Shown here: positions 20,747 to 29,962 of the stretch, piece by piece
Layout: every line of letters begins with the position of its first letter
Numbering within the stretch: the stretch's first letter is position 1
Origin: Candidatus Poribacteria bacterium
GTDB taxonomy: Bacteria > Poribacteria > WGA-4E > PCPOR2b
NCBI GenBank assembly: GCA_022822005.1
Contig: JAJECO010000003.1
Coordinates: 45,098 to 109,097 of the forward strand
DNA length: 64,000 nucleotides
Direction: 5' to 3'
Notes under the pieces: generated by a model
Told to the model about the DNA's origin: nothing
The model's database searches: none
Seen by the model: only the letters and a program-made list of their open reading frames with translations
Position numbers and translations under genes: made by a program

Positions 20747-22188
20747 CGCAACCCAGCTAGATCTGCGTAGACTTTTCGCCCTTCATTGAACAGGTGTAGG
20801 ACTTCCTCCCGCTGTGTGTCCTTTGTGAACCGCCAATCCCGGTTCACTATCTCCATTGCATTGTCAATCGAGCGGACAAAGAACGTCGCGGACTCCTGTG
20901 CTATGCTGTCCGGCCGACCTGTGCCGATGTAGATAGGGCTGGTGTGGGCGTAGACCGGTTGTGCAAAGCTATCACGTGCCTCGCCGAAAGCGCGAGCGGC
21001 GACCCACCCATCGGATTCGATTTGGAGGTCAAATCCCCATTCCCCGTCCTGTTTCTTCCCGTCCAGCGGCACAGTTTGCGTGACTGCCCCGTTCTGAACC
21101 AACTCGACACGGGTGAGCGGATAGTGCGAACCCCACCTAATTTGCCCTGACACGGTGCGAGGCTGACCATTCGGCGATTCGATAGTGCTGCCGGGCGCTT
21201 GACCGTCGAGGTTCAGGAACAGCGCCGGTCCGTTTGTGATAAAGGTACGTCCCGCCTGCAACCCTTTCAACCAACTTTCATAGGTAAAATCGCCATCGGT
21301 TTGGACATAGACGCGGTTGTTCGCGCAGATGAACCAATCTGTCCCGGTCGACGCGGGCAGCGGAATACCGCAGTTGAGCAGGTGATACCAGATGTCGTAT
21401 TCGAGGTCTTTCCATGCAGGATCGAACAGGTTGAAGGCATCCAACTTCCCCAACGCTGCTGCCACCGGTGCTTCCATTCCCCGTCCATTATGGCACCACA
21501 GCACAACGCCTCCCTGCCGTTTGGCATCATCGCAGGCGTAACAGATGGGCGGGTAGTCGGGATCGAAGTCGCTGACCAGCTTGCCGCGACTGACAGGCTC
21601 GACCAGATTCTCAATGTGGAGAAACATGACGTGCCCGGACCCACCGCCGTAAGAGGAGTTATGGCGGTTCTCCTCGCCGCAATCGACAAGATGGTGGGCG
21701 GTCGAGTAGTCGGTCATGAATCCGAGCGGATACTTATTGCTGGCGTACGGGATTTCGCCCCGCTGCAGGAGGCTGATAACGGTTACGCTGAGATCGTGGA
21801 CCTTGGGATCGAGATGCAATCGCGCATCGGGCTGCGCCTCATCCTCATTGTAGTGCAGATGGGTATTTCCCGGATACCACCCCTGCGAGGGAAGGTCTGC
21901 CCACCGTTTGAGATGCAGCTCGACCTCGACCGCCCCTTTCGCAGGCATCGAGACAACCTTGCGAAGGGGTTCGTACTCCGTGCCACGCTCAACCACGATG
22001 TCTGTTGAGCCACGGGGCACGTCCACCGTGAACTCGCCCGGACAATAGAAAAACGGGTCGCCCGGTCCGATCTTCAGGATACTGTCTGCGGGATGGACAA
22101 AGCGCCCACTACTGGTCAGCACGTGGACCTTCGCCTCAACGGACGCACCGGAAACACTGTCTCGAATGATCCCTTTGAGGGTTGCCAT
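20743..22188 (-). CDS. CehA/McbA-family PHP-like metallohydrolase with N-terminal carboxypeptidase-regulatory-like domain
   Basis: GNTHLH, GEE, WCH, GTD, GRTFITNGP and AHTSPIY motifs; start set at MATLKG. Confidence 0.75.
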   Translation of the reverse strand: MATLKGIIRDSVSGASVEAKVHVLTSSGRFVHPADSILKIGPGDPFFYCPGEFTVDVPRGSTDIVVERGTEYEPLRKVVSMPAKGAVEVELHLKRWADLPSQGWYPGNTHLHYNEDEAQPDARLHLDPKVHDLSVTVISLLQRGEIPYASNKYPLGFMTDYSTAHHLVDCGEENRHNSSYGGGSGHVMFLHIENLVEPVSRGKLVSDFDPDYPPICYACDDAKRQGGVVLWCHNGRGMEAPVAAALGKLDAFNLFDPAWKDLEYDIWYHLLNCGIPLPASTGTDWFICANNRVYVQTDGDFTYESWLKGLQAGRTFITNGPALFLNLDGQAPGSTIESPNGQPRTVSGQIRWGSHYPLTRVELVQNGAVTQTVPLDGKKQDGEWGFDLQIESDGWVAARAFGEARDSFAQPVYAHTSPIYIGTGRPDSIAQESATFFVRSIDNAMEIVNRDWRFTKDTQREEVLHLFNEGRKVYADLAGLR

Positions 22189-22220
22189 GATCCTGCTCCT
22201 CTTCGGAGTTACGTAGTACA

Positions 22221-22402
22221 GTTTGTAGTAGCGCAATTCATTGCGCGTTCGGACGGGCGATAAATCGCCCTACTACAAACCTACCGATTTACTGTAGTTG
22301 CCCGTTTCTTAATCCCGCCTGTCCCGATTTATCGGGGATTTATCGGGGACTCATCGGGCGTTGGAAATAGTGTCCAGCAGCGATAAATCACCGCACTACA
22401 AA
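22221..22402. repeat. Two GTAG-type REP doublets (REPIN-like), one with a nested insertion
   Basis: GTTTGTAGTAG...CTACTACAAAC; TGTAGTTGCCCG[insert]..ATCGGGC...CACTACA. Confidence 0.8.
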
Positions 22403-22437
22403 GTTTTGAGCGTTCAAGTGCGTAAGTCCTTACCTTT

Positions 22438-23904
22438 TTACGCTTCGTCACGCAGCGCATCGGCGGGACCCCACGGCGCAAATGCCACCGTTGCGTAGGG
22501 GTTAAAGATGATATCGTCCTCACGTCCTGCGAACCGCCACATCCGACGCACAAGATCACGCTTTACATCCTGGTAATCGGGGTGGTCACTGAGGTTCACC
22601 ATCTCGTGTGGGTCGTTCCGCAAATCGTACACCTCATCGAAGTCAAAGCCGTTGTAGACGTACTTGAATTCTTTGGTGTTCACGACGCGCTGGCTGTAAT
22701 ACAACTCGACACCGTTGAACTGCGTGTGGAATGCGTCCGTCCAGTCGGAAGGCGTTTCGTCTCTCAGGAACGGCACGAGACTCCTACCCGTCAGGTTCTC
22801 CGGCACGGATTCGCCAGCCAACTCGATGAAGGTGGGTGCAAAATCGGCGAGACTGACAAATTCATCGACCTCGCGGTTGGGGTTGGCGATCCCTTGGGGC
22901 CAACGGGCAATCGTGGCGATGTTATAAGCCTCACGGAATGCCGGCACCCCTTTGAGGTATAACCCATGCGCGCCGCAGTAATCGCCGTGATCGCTCATCC
23001 GTAGAACGAGGGTATTGTCCGCCTGCCCTGTCTCCTCTAACGCCTCAAGCACCTCGCCGAACATCGCGTCCTCCATTGTGCAGTATCCCCAGTAGTGCTG
23101 GAGGGACTCGCGCACTTCGTCTTCCGAAAGTTGTCCCCAATACTGCTGACGCGCTCGCTGATAGACGCGGGGTTTGTCTTCGAGTGTGTCGTGGAAGTTC
23201 GGCGGCAGTGGAATCTCTTTGGGGTCATACATCTGGGCGAATCGTTCCGGCACGATGAATGGGTCGTGGGGACCGCTCGGTCCGATGTATAGGCACCACG
23301 GTGCGTCCGCTTGTGCCAATCGCCGCAATCCTTCCAACCCGGATTGGACAACCTGATAGTCCCGGTGATCCTCGTAGCCTTTCGGTGTGTCGGTCGGATA
23401 GGAATTGTATAGCTGGTAGTGTCCCCAGCCGGGACGGAGAATCTGCCCACGCTCCCGTTCCGTTGATTCGGGTTGCTGGGCTTGTTCCTGCCACTGCGCC
23501 ACGGAACGGTGCATGTAGCTGCCTTTGCCGCCCGTGATGTGCAGATCTTCCCAACCACGGTCAGAGGGGTTCTCGGCGTCGGTGACGTGCCATTTTCCTG
23601 CGTACGCTAAATTATAGCCGGAAGATCGGAGTGTCTCACTGAACATCCCAATCCCTTCGTAGAGTTCGTGGTGGATGGCGGTCGGATTGCTGACGTTGTT
23701 ATAGATGCCGTGCCGACTGGGATACACGCCGGTCATGAAGGTTGCCCGTGAAGGACAGCAGTGCGCCGTTGGACAGAATGAACGGGGAAAGAGAACCCCT
23801 TCCCGTGCTAATCTCGTAGCGTTTGGCGTGATACACGGATGGTCTGGATGTACGACATCGGCTTGTTCTTGATCGGTCATAAAGATAAGGATGTTGGGCC
23901 TCAT
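22438..23904 (-). CDS. Formylglycine-dependent sulfatase
   Basis: PNILIFMTDQE, CCPSRATFMTG, GKWH, SDHGD, YDLRNDPHE. Confidence 0.92.
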   Translation of the reverse strand: MRPNILIFMTDQEQADVVHPDHPCITPNATRLAREGVLFPRSFCPTAHCCPSRATFMTGVYPSRHGIYNNVSNPTAIHHELYEGIGMFSETLRSSGYNLAYAGKWHVTDAENPSDRGWEDLHITGGKGSYMHRSVAQWQEQAQQPESTERERGQILRPGWGHYQLYNSYPTDTPKGYEDHRDYQVVQSGLEGLRRLAQADAPWCLYIGPSGPHDPFIVPERFAQMYDPKEIPLPPNFHDTLEDKPRVYQRARQQYWGQLSEDEVRESLQHYWGYCTMEDAMFGEVLEALEETGQADNTLVLRMSDHGDYCGAHGLYLKGVPAFREAYNIATIARWPQGIANPNREVDEFVSLADFAPTFIELAGESVPENLTGRSLVPFLRDETPSDWTDAFHTQFNGVELYYSQRVVNTKEFKYVYNGFDFDEVYDLRNDPHEMVNLSDHPDYQDVKRDLVRRMWRFAGREDDIIFNPYATVAFAPWGPADALRDEA

Positions 23905-23943
23905 GTTTCCTCCGATACAAAGATTGCTTGAGGGGTGTGCATG

Positions 23944-24555
23944 ATAATTGCCTGAATCAGGATTCTCAGGTTTCTTAATCCCGATTTATCGGGGATAGAA
24001 ACCGGAACGTGAAACGGAACTATTTTAAGACGGGACAGGGTGCATTTAGCCCCAGCGGGGCGACATGTTTATAGAATACAGGAACCACCACGCACCAAAG
24101 CCCCAGCGGGGCGACATGTGTAACCTAAGAAGGATGAATGAACCCATGAAATCCCCGATAAATCGGAATTTTCAACTTGAACAATGTGGAAACAACTTTC
24201 TTACTAGGGCGTGTTGACATTTTGCTTTTGCTATTGCGAGAAACGGTCAAATGACTGGAAACGCTGCCAGAAACCGAGTTTTTTCTTCAAAACTCGGTTT
24301 CTTTTCTGGGGATTCTACCTCGGTGAACCGATTTATGTTCCTCTATTATCTGGTTATGATGAAATGTCAACAGAACCTAGCTAGCACCAAAGGTTAATAG
24401 GTTTGGTCTTTCGCTCCAGCGGAGCAATATGTCTATAGCAATGCGGATACGCCCAGCCCTTGCGCTCCAGAGGAGCGCAATGTGTATAGCAAAAGCGGTT
24501 ATGGCTTGGATATGTCTATCCAAGCCAAGCAGGTCTTACTAGCAACTTAGGTTAT
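23944..24555. repeat. Composite cluster of miniature repeats: CCCGAT..ATCGGG units, a GCCCCAGCGGGGC doublet, an S2 element, a GCTCCAG doublet, a GGCTTGGATA hairpin and an S5 end
   Basis: Each module recurs elsewhere in the window (27007-27672, 28150-28227, 29884-29917, 52627-52833). Confidence 0.8.
24204..24380. mobile_element. CTAG-flanked MITE-like element, family S2 (IS5-like ends)
   Basis: CTAG-GGCGTGTTGACATTT...AAATGTCAACAGAAC-CTAG; partial copy starting at 27170. Confidence 0.7.
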
Positions 24556-24605
24556 GATAGATGCGGACTGGGGTGATGTCAAGTTTTTATCGGTTTGAGT
24601 GGCTG

Positions 24606-26849
24606 TTAAAACTCGGTGGTGATCCCGAGGTAGGGGATGATCGGGAATTGGTAGATCTCGTCCTTTTCGGAATAGTCGTCGTTGTAGCTGAAATCGAGCA
24701 GATTCTTGCGATTATAGGCATTCAAGAGTTCAAGAAAGAAACTCATCTCCCAACTGTTAAATCGGAATGCCTTGCTGAGTTTCACGTCCAATCGGTGATA
24801 GGGCGGTAGGCGTGCTGAATTTATCTCCGCGTAATTTGGGATGTAGATCAACTCGTCGTTACGCGGATCGGTTTTCTGAGTGGCGCCTTCTACTGGAGTA
24901 TAGGGATTTCCAGTTCGATATTGCCATTTTAGACCGATCTCCCACGTCGGCGTTAGCCTATAAGTCGCCGCCAAAGTCGCAACATGCGTCTGGTCAAACG
25001 AATAGTATCGATACGGTTCCTCCGGGCGGTCACGCCGTTTAGAAAGCCCATACGTGTAGGATCCCCAACCTAAGAATCGATCTCCGGCACGATGGCGTAG
25101 GAACACTTCTGTTCCCTGCGCAAATCCAGCGCCTTGGTTAAGATATATCATGTCATCATCGTTGGTCACAAGGTTCGCAAGATCTTTATAGTAGCCTGCG
25201 AATTTGAACTCTGTCCCCTCCGACACTTGACGTGTGAATTCCAATACATAATGACTGGCTTGGCTTGTGGTCAGATCAGGATTCCCAACGCTTTGGGTCA
25301 GTCGTGGTGGGCCCGGCACCTGATAATAGTTACCGTAAGAGAATTGGAGTTGAGAGCCTTCCATAATATCCAATAGAAGACTTCCGCGCGGTTGGATAGA
25401 AAAGTCGTCAATAAGGTTAAAGTAATCCACCCGTAAACCGAGCACAACTGACAGGAATGGTAACACTTTATATCGGTCTTGTAGATACACTTCCATTCGT
25501 CTGCCAGATACGGATTCATCGAATTCTTGCTTTTCGATGAACCGTGGATCATAGTCAACTTCGCCCTCATCGGGTGGACGGATGAACTTGCCGGTCGCGC
25601 TGCCCGGTTCAAAACCCAGTATCACGCCGGTTTCAAGTTGATGTTTCGGGTTTAAGGTGTAGGTGATGTCCTCGCGGAGCACGTAATCTGGTGCATCAAT
25701 CTTTAGAGAAAGCTCAGGACCAACATTCACATCAAATTGGAAATTGGAACGGGTCAAGGACAGAAAGGAGGTTACTCGGTCTGTGAGCCGGGAACGGAGG
25801 TGAATCCCAGCCCCTTCAAAGCCGCTTCCGAAGCTAATGTTCCCTCTGACATCCTCGTCCACATCCTCACCATCCAGTTTGAGTGCAAAGTTGTCGCCGG
25901 AGGCAAACAGATTCAGAGAGAGTTGATGCTTATCATTAAGGTCATAGCCTCCCTTTACCTGATAATCCCAGAACCGGGGGAAGGCGGTGATTGCACCACT
26001 ATCAAACGCCAACGATCCGAGAAACAGATCAATGTAACTTCGTCGTCCAGCAAAATACCAGAAACCCTGATCGCTGATTTGCCCCTCCAACAGTCCTTCC
26101 GAGTACAGCACGTTCAGGTTAAATTTTGCGCGAAATCCGTCTCTGTTTTTATTCCGGGAATAGATGTCGATTACCGCCTGCGAATCGACGCCGAATTCGG
26201 CACCGTAGCCGCCGGCGTAGACATCGATCCGCTCAATGACTTCGGAACTGAGGGACGAGACGATTCCGCCGAAGTGGTAGGGATAACCGATCGGCACCCG
26301 ATCAAAGTAGTAGAGGTTGTCTTCATCAGAACCGCCGCGGATATAGAGCGCACCGCTAAAATCGTTTGCGACACCGATACTGGGCAGGGCTTGTAGGGCG
26401 CGCAGCGCATCGCCTGTGGAGCCGGGCACACGCTGGATCTCTGAGCCACTTAAGGTTTGTCTGCCAACGGGTGCCGCGGCACGTTCTCCGGTCACTTCCA
26501 CCTCATCAAGCTCGATTGCTTCCTGTTCAAGGTAAATTTTAAGTTCGGTTGTTTGTCCCGGCTCGATGGTGATGACGACATCCTCCGGCGGCTGATAGCC
26601 TGAAGCGGATACAGTGAGTATGCATTCTCCGGGCGGTAGGTCTCGGACTCGAAATTCGCCGTTCTGGTCGGTTACGGTTCGCTGATTTGTTTCTACGATG
26701 CGAATCCGTGCGGATGGGACCGGCTGCTCAAGATCACGTTGATAGACTGCACCGAAAATTTCGCCGGTGGGGTCGGGGGCTTGTTGCCCAAATGCTGTAA
26801 CGGGGAAGAAGGATAAAACAAGTAAAACGTAGATTGGAAACCGGTTCAC
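24606..26849 (-). CDS. TonB-dependent receptor with N-terminal carboxypeptidase-regulatory-like domain
   Basis: Signal peptide, plug motifs (IRGG..ENL, IERIDVYAGGYGAEFG), beta-barrel pattern, RLPPYHRLD, C-terminal Phe. Confidence 0.9.
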   Translation of the reverse strand: MNRFPIYVLLVLSFFPVTAFGQQAPDPTGEIFGAVYQRDLEQPVPSARIRIVETNQRTVTDQNGEFRVRDLPPGECILTVSASGYQPPEDVVITIEPGQTTELKIYLEQEAIELDEVEVTGERAAAPVGRQTLSGSEIQRVPGSTGDALRALQALPSIGVANDFSGALYIRGGSDEDNLYYFDRVPIGYPYHFGGIVSSLSSEVIERIDVYAGGYGAEFGVDSQAVIDIYSRNKNRDGFRAKFNLNVLYSEGLLEGQISDQGFWYFAGRRSYIDLFLGSLAFDSGAITAFPRFWDYQVKGGYDLNDKHQLSLNLFASGDNFALKLDGEDVDEDVRGNISFGSGFEGAGIHLRSRLTDRVTSFLSLTRSNFQFDVNVGPELSLKIDAPDYVLREDITYTLNPKHQLETGVILGFEPGSATGKFIRPPDEGEVDYDPRFIEKQEFDESVSGRRMEVYLQDRYKVLPFLSVVLGLRVDYFNLIDDFSIQPRGSLLLDIMEGSQLQFSYGNYYQVPGPPRLTQSVGNPDLTTSQASHYVLEFTRQVSEGTEFKFAGYYKDLANLVTNDDDMIYLNQGAGFAQGTEVFLRHRAGDRFLGWGSYTYGLSKRRDRPEEPYRYYSFDQTHVATLAATYRLTPTWEIGLKWQYRTGNPYTPVEGATQKTDPRNDELIYIPNYAEINSARLPPYHRLDVKLSKAFRFNSWEMSFFLELLNAYNRKNLLDFSYNDDYSEKDEIYQFPIIPYLGITTEF

Positions 26850-27006
26850 GTGGCGCTATTCTCCTTTGATATTTTTATAGTTGCGCTTATAGTAAATACG
26901 ATAGAGTTCATCAACGAATTGCACAATCTGGGCGTGATATTCTCCAATATCCCTTGCCACAATGGCACCCTATCCCTCTTAGTGTTGGGTGGACTGAAAA
27001 GGTTCA

Positions 27007-27173
27007 CTAGTACACTTCAGATAAATGCTAATGACCCTGCTCGTAGTGGATTGACAAATCCACTACACAGATACCTAACACATTGCGCTATAGTCCGGGT
27101 ATTTATGGCTTGGATATGCCTATCCAAGCCGAGCGATGGATGACTTGTCACAATTTATTTGACGAAATACTGG
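27007..27173. mobile_element. CTAG-flanked MITE-like element, family S1
   Basis: Reverse-complement homolog of 41152-41293; carries GTAGTGGATT..AATCCACTAC and GGCTTGGATA..TATCCAAGCC hairpins. Confidence 0.75.
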
Positions 27174-27224
27174 GTTCCGTTGACATTTCAGCGGAGCCAG
27201 ATAAAATCTGACGCGCATCGTTAC

Positions 27225-27375
27225 TATGGTAAATTTTAGCATTAATTAGATGCTGTGAGCGGGTCCCGATAGATCGGGATTCGCGGAGTTACAGCACACG
27301 GTGCCCCGATGAATCGGGATTCAAAGCAATGTGCCTACTACTTTTAATGGCTATTTATTTTTAGAGGTCACCATA
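27225..27375. mobile_element. TA-flanked MITE-like element, family S3, with nested REP cargo
   Basis: TATGGTAAATTTTAGCATTAA...CTATTTATTTTTAGAGGTCACCATA; same ends as 37580-37681. Confidence 0.7.
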
Positions 27376-27407
27376 GTCTGTTTCTATTTCTATGACGGAA
27401 ATATCTT

Positions 27408-27672
27408 AATCTGAGTTGACATGTTGGAGCAAAATAAGGGAGCATCCGAACCATGTTTATTTGCAGGGTGGGAACAGATAGGATAGAAGTGGTCCAAAGC
27501 AGGATTATAAATCGCATGAGATGGATTTCATCCGCTGCTGTTAGCCCCAGCGGGGCGACATGTTTATAGAATATCGGAGCCACCATACACAAAAGCCCCA
27601 GTTTTGAATCCCGCCTGTCCCGATTCATCGGGGATTCAAAGCAACTGGGGCTTTAAGCGGCAACTCAGGTAA
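27408..27672. repeat. S5-related shell holding a GCCCCAG REP and a long nested hairpin (27592-27654)
   Basis: AATCTGAGTTGAC...GGCAACTCAGGT ends; AAAGCCCCAGTT-TTGAATCCC...GGGATTCAA-AACTGGGGCTTT. Confidence 0.55.
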
Positions 27673-27690
27673 CCGCATATATTACTGGAA

Positions 27691-28014
27691 CTAAACGGCT
27701 ACTACTCGCTGTTGTCCCTCTCTATCTTCCGAGGGGATAATGCGGATCTCAACATCATGGTTCAGCCGGTTAGGAAATGTCATTAATCGCTCAACGCTAT
27801 AATGGTTAAACTTCCCCTGCTTTAGCCGGGATATTTCAGGTTGCTTCACGCCTAAAACTTTTGCTGCCGCTGTCTGTGTCAATTCTCGCTTTTCTATAAT
27901 CTGAAACACTTCAAATCCCAGTTTTGCCTTGAGAAACAGTTCCTCCGCATTTGGCAAGTCGAGATCCTTAAACACATTGCCGGAACTCTTTTCAAATTGA
28001 ATTTTCTTGTTCAT
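27691..28014 (-). CDS. XRE-family HTH protein (HigA-like antitoxin), no partner toxin seen
   Basis: SSGNVFKDL and LTQTAAAKVLGVKQPEISRL motifs; GGAGG before MNKKIQ. Confidence 0.85.
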   Translation of the reverse strand: MNKKIQFEKSSGNVFKDLDLPNAEELFLKAKLGFEVFQIIEKRELTQTAAAKVLGVKQPEISRLKQGKFNHYSVERLMTFPNRLNHDVEIRIIPSEDREGQQRVVAV

Positions 28015-28039
28015 AATTTGCCTCCAGCCTTCGCCGATA

Positions 28040-28227
28040 AGGGAACCAGGAGGGTGTAGGGAACCAGGGGGGTGTAGGGAACAATGATCGCTGTTCCCCA
28101 CGATTTCTGTTGCCCGATTTCTTGACATGAGCCATAGAGTTTAGGTGCTGTACACATTGCGCCCCTCTGGAGCGCAGGCGTTAGAGGTATGGGCATTCTA
28201 TAGACATATCGCTCCTCTGGAGGCGAA
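28040..28227. repeat. Tandem GTAGGGAAC units plus an inverted GCTCCAG doublet
   Basis: AGGGAACCAGG.GGGTGT repeated; 28150-28227 is a reverse-complement match to 52686-52766. Confidence 0.7.
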
Positions 28228-28263
28228 GAAAGATAATCTTCTCTGAACAGTTGGCAAATGGCG

Positions 28264-28752
28264 TCAATGGTTTTCACCGGCAAGTTGCAATGCTTTATCA
28301 ATGAGTACTGAACTGAGATACAAACCGCGAGTCCGCAACTCCATTATAAGTGGTTTAATCGCATCAATTAATCCTCTCTCCTTCGCCAATAGTAAAACGC
28401 CAATTGTTCCAGTAACCTGTAATCCAATCCGTTGGGCATATCTTCGGGCTTTTAGTTCATCAATAATGACCAAACGCGCATTGTATTCTTCAGCCAATGC
28501 TAAAACTGAGGCTTCGCCGTGATGGAGTCCCGCATAAACTGCTCGCTGAGAATGGGGCAAACGAACGGTTTTAATCCAAGGCGCATTATCAAGCGATGCT
28601 TGGCGTACTATTGCCTCGATTTCGAGAAATTCAGTCCTGACCGCTGGCGGAATCCAGATTTCTGTGTAGAGTTCCCGCAACAAAGACAGTTGGTCAAGTG
28701 ACCATAGCGCAACGAGCGGTGTATTATTGACAATGACTGGCTTTTCTTGCAT
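28264..28752 (-). CDS. DUF3368 PIN-domain (VapC-like) toxin
   Basis: VIVNNTPL, IPPAV, LHHGEASVLALA, IIDELKAR, GTIGVLL. Confidence 0.88.
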   Translation of the reverse strand: MQEKPVIVNNTPLVALWSLDQLSLLRELYTEIWIPPAVRTEFLEIEAIVRQASLDNAPWIKTVRLPHSQRAVYAGLHHGEASVLALAEEYNARLVIIDELKARRYAQRIGLQVTGTIGVLLLAKERGLIDAIKPLIMELRTRGLYLSSVLIDKALQLAGENH

Positions 28753-28996
28753 TTGCGAGAGATTCTTCGAGTTCGTCAGGTGTTTCTCCAAAGGGCGACA
28801 AACCGTGCTCACCGAGAAGCGATATGAATGCGGAGCGCGGCATTCCCGCAAGTTGTGCGGCGAGCCCGGTGCTGAGTTTACCTGTTTCGTAATATTTCAA
28901 CGCCAATAGCAAACGAGCTTCCTCTTCAAATTCTTCCGCCTCTTTTCCAAGTGCCGATAGGATTTCAGTCGGATATTGAATAGCTTGCATCGCCAT
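28724..28996 (-). CDS. UPF0175-family antitoxin
   Basis: LALKYYETGKLSTGLAAQLAGMPR..F; overlaps the DUF3368 gene. Confidence 0.88.
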   Translation of the reverse strand: MAMQAIQYPTEILSALGKEAEEFEEEARLLLALKYYETGKLSTGLAAQLAGMPRSAFISLLGEHGLSPFGETPDELEESLANARKASHCQ

Positions 28997-29038
28997 TTTT
29001 TATCCCTTCGTTAATTTGGCAATTCTACATCAAACGGT

Positions 29039-29836
29039 TCAGACCCGTCCGGGGAATTCTTTTCCGCGGATGGGCATGAAACGGAATTGTCCGCGTGGCA
29101 TCCCACATTCGGTGCCGAGGCGCGCTTCCTCATTTTCGATACCGAGGTATTTGGTCTCGGCGTGGAGGTAGTGCAACGCCAGTCCACGACGCCGATTTGG
29201 GGTTGGGTTCGCACCGGTGCGGTGGAAGTTGAGACCGTGGTGGAACATGCAGTGCCCTGCTTTCAGTTCGACGGGTGTCGGCTTAGCGATTTCTGGATCG
29301 TCAATGAACCGCTGTTTGTATTCGCGGTTGACGGGTCCCCATTTGTGGCTGCCGGGGATGACGGTCATACAGCCGTTTTCGACGGTGGCATCATCCAAGG
29401 CGACCCAACAGGTGACGTGGTCTTGCGGGACAAAGAAGGGCCACGCGGGTGAGTCTTGGTGCCAGTCGGTCACTGTGCCGTTATAGCGGGGTTTCATCAT
29501 GAGTTGGTCGGTGTAGAGCTTGATGTTGGGACCTAAGAGTTCCTCAATGACATCGACGATTTCAGGCTTCTTTGCAGCCGCTTGGAAAAGGTCGTCGAAG
29601 TAGCAGAGTTGTGTCATTTTGCGGACGGTATCGAGCCGGGGTGTAGTCGGCTCCTCGCCTTCACGGAACTCCGCCTCAAGCTGGATGTAGCGCGATGGGA
29701 CGTGGTCTACACGCCCTTCAATGATATCTTCGCTCCGCTGACGGAGGGCTTCTACTTCCTCGTCGGATAGCACCTGCGTATAGGGCAGGTAACCGTATTC
29801 TTCAAAGAACGCTTTCTGATCGGTTGTCAAAGCCAT
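29039..29836 (-). CDS. Phytanoyl-CoA dioxygenase (PhyH) family Fe/2OG oxygenase
   Basis: WHQD, WVALDDATVENGCM.VIPGSH, FHRTGAN..RR. Confidence 0.92.
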   Translation of the reverse strand: MALTTDQKAFFEEYGYLPYTQVLSDEEVEALRQRSEDIIEGRVDHVPSRYIQLEAEFREGEEPTTPRLDTVRKMTQLCYFDDLFQAAAKKPEIVDVIEELLGPNIKLYTDQLMMKPRYNGTVTDWHQDSPAWPFFVPQDHVTCWVALDDATVENGCMTVIPGSHKWGPVNREYKQRFIDDPEIAKPTPVELKAGHCMFHHGLNFHRTGANPTPNRRRGLALHYLHAETKYLGIENEEARLGTECGMPRGQFRFMPIRGKEFPGRV

Positions 29837-29883
29837 GTAGTGTCTCCTTCCTTCTCATGTAACAGAAATGGCAAACCACGAAG

Positions 29884-29917
29884 AGAAACCGAGTTTTGAA
29901 GAAAAAACTCGGTTTCT
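29884..29917. repeat. AGAAACCGAG..CTCGGTTTCT hairpin repeat
   Basis: Exact reverse complement of 24269-24302; degenerate copy at 56120-56150. Confidence 0.75.
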
Positions 29918-29962
29918 GCTGCATGATTTCTTAACATGAACTTTCAATAAAATGGGGCTAGT

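Noticed and set aside
24047-24490. Paired direct repeats (GCCCCAGCGGGGC.., GCTCCAG.GGAGC..) as a mini-CRISPR
   Set aside because: Only two degenerate units per site, dispersed genome-style copies, no cas genes; they behave like REPs
26850-27628. Small ORFs 26850-27143 and 27368-27628 (also 42324-42725, 52636-52821, 28011-28301)
   Set aside because: Translations of repeat elements; shared peptides such as MAWICLSKPS come from the GGCTTGGATA hairpin
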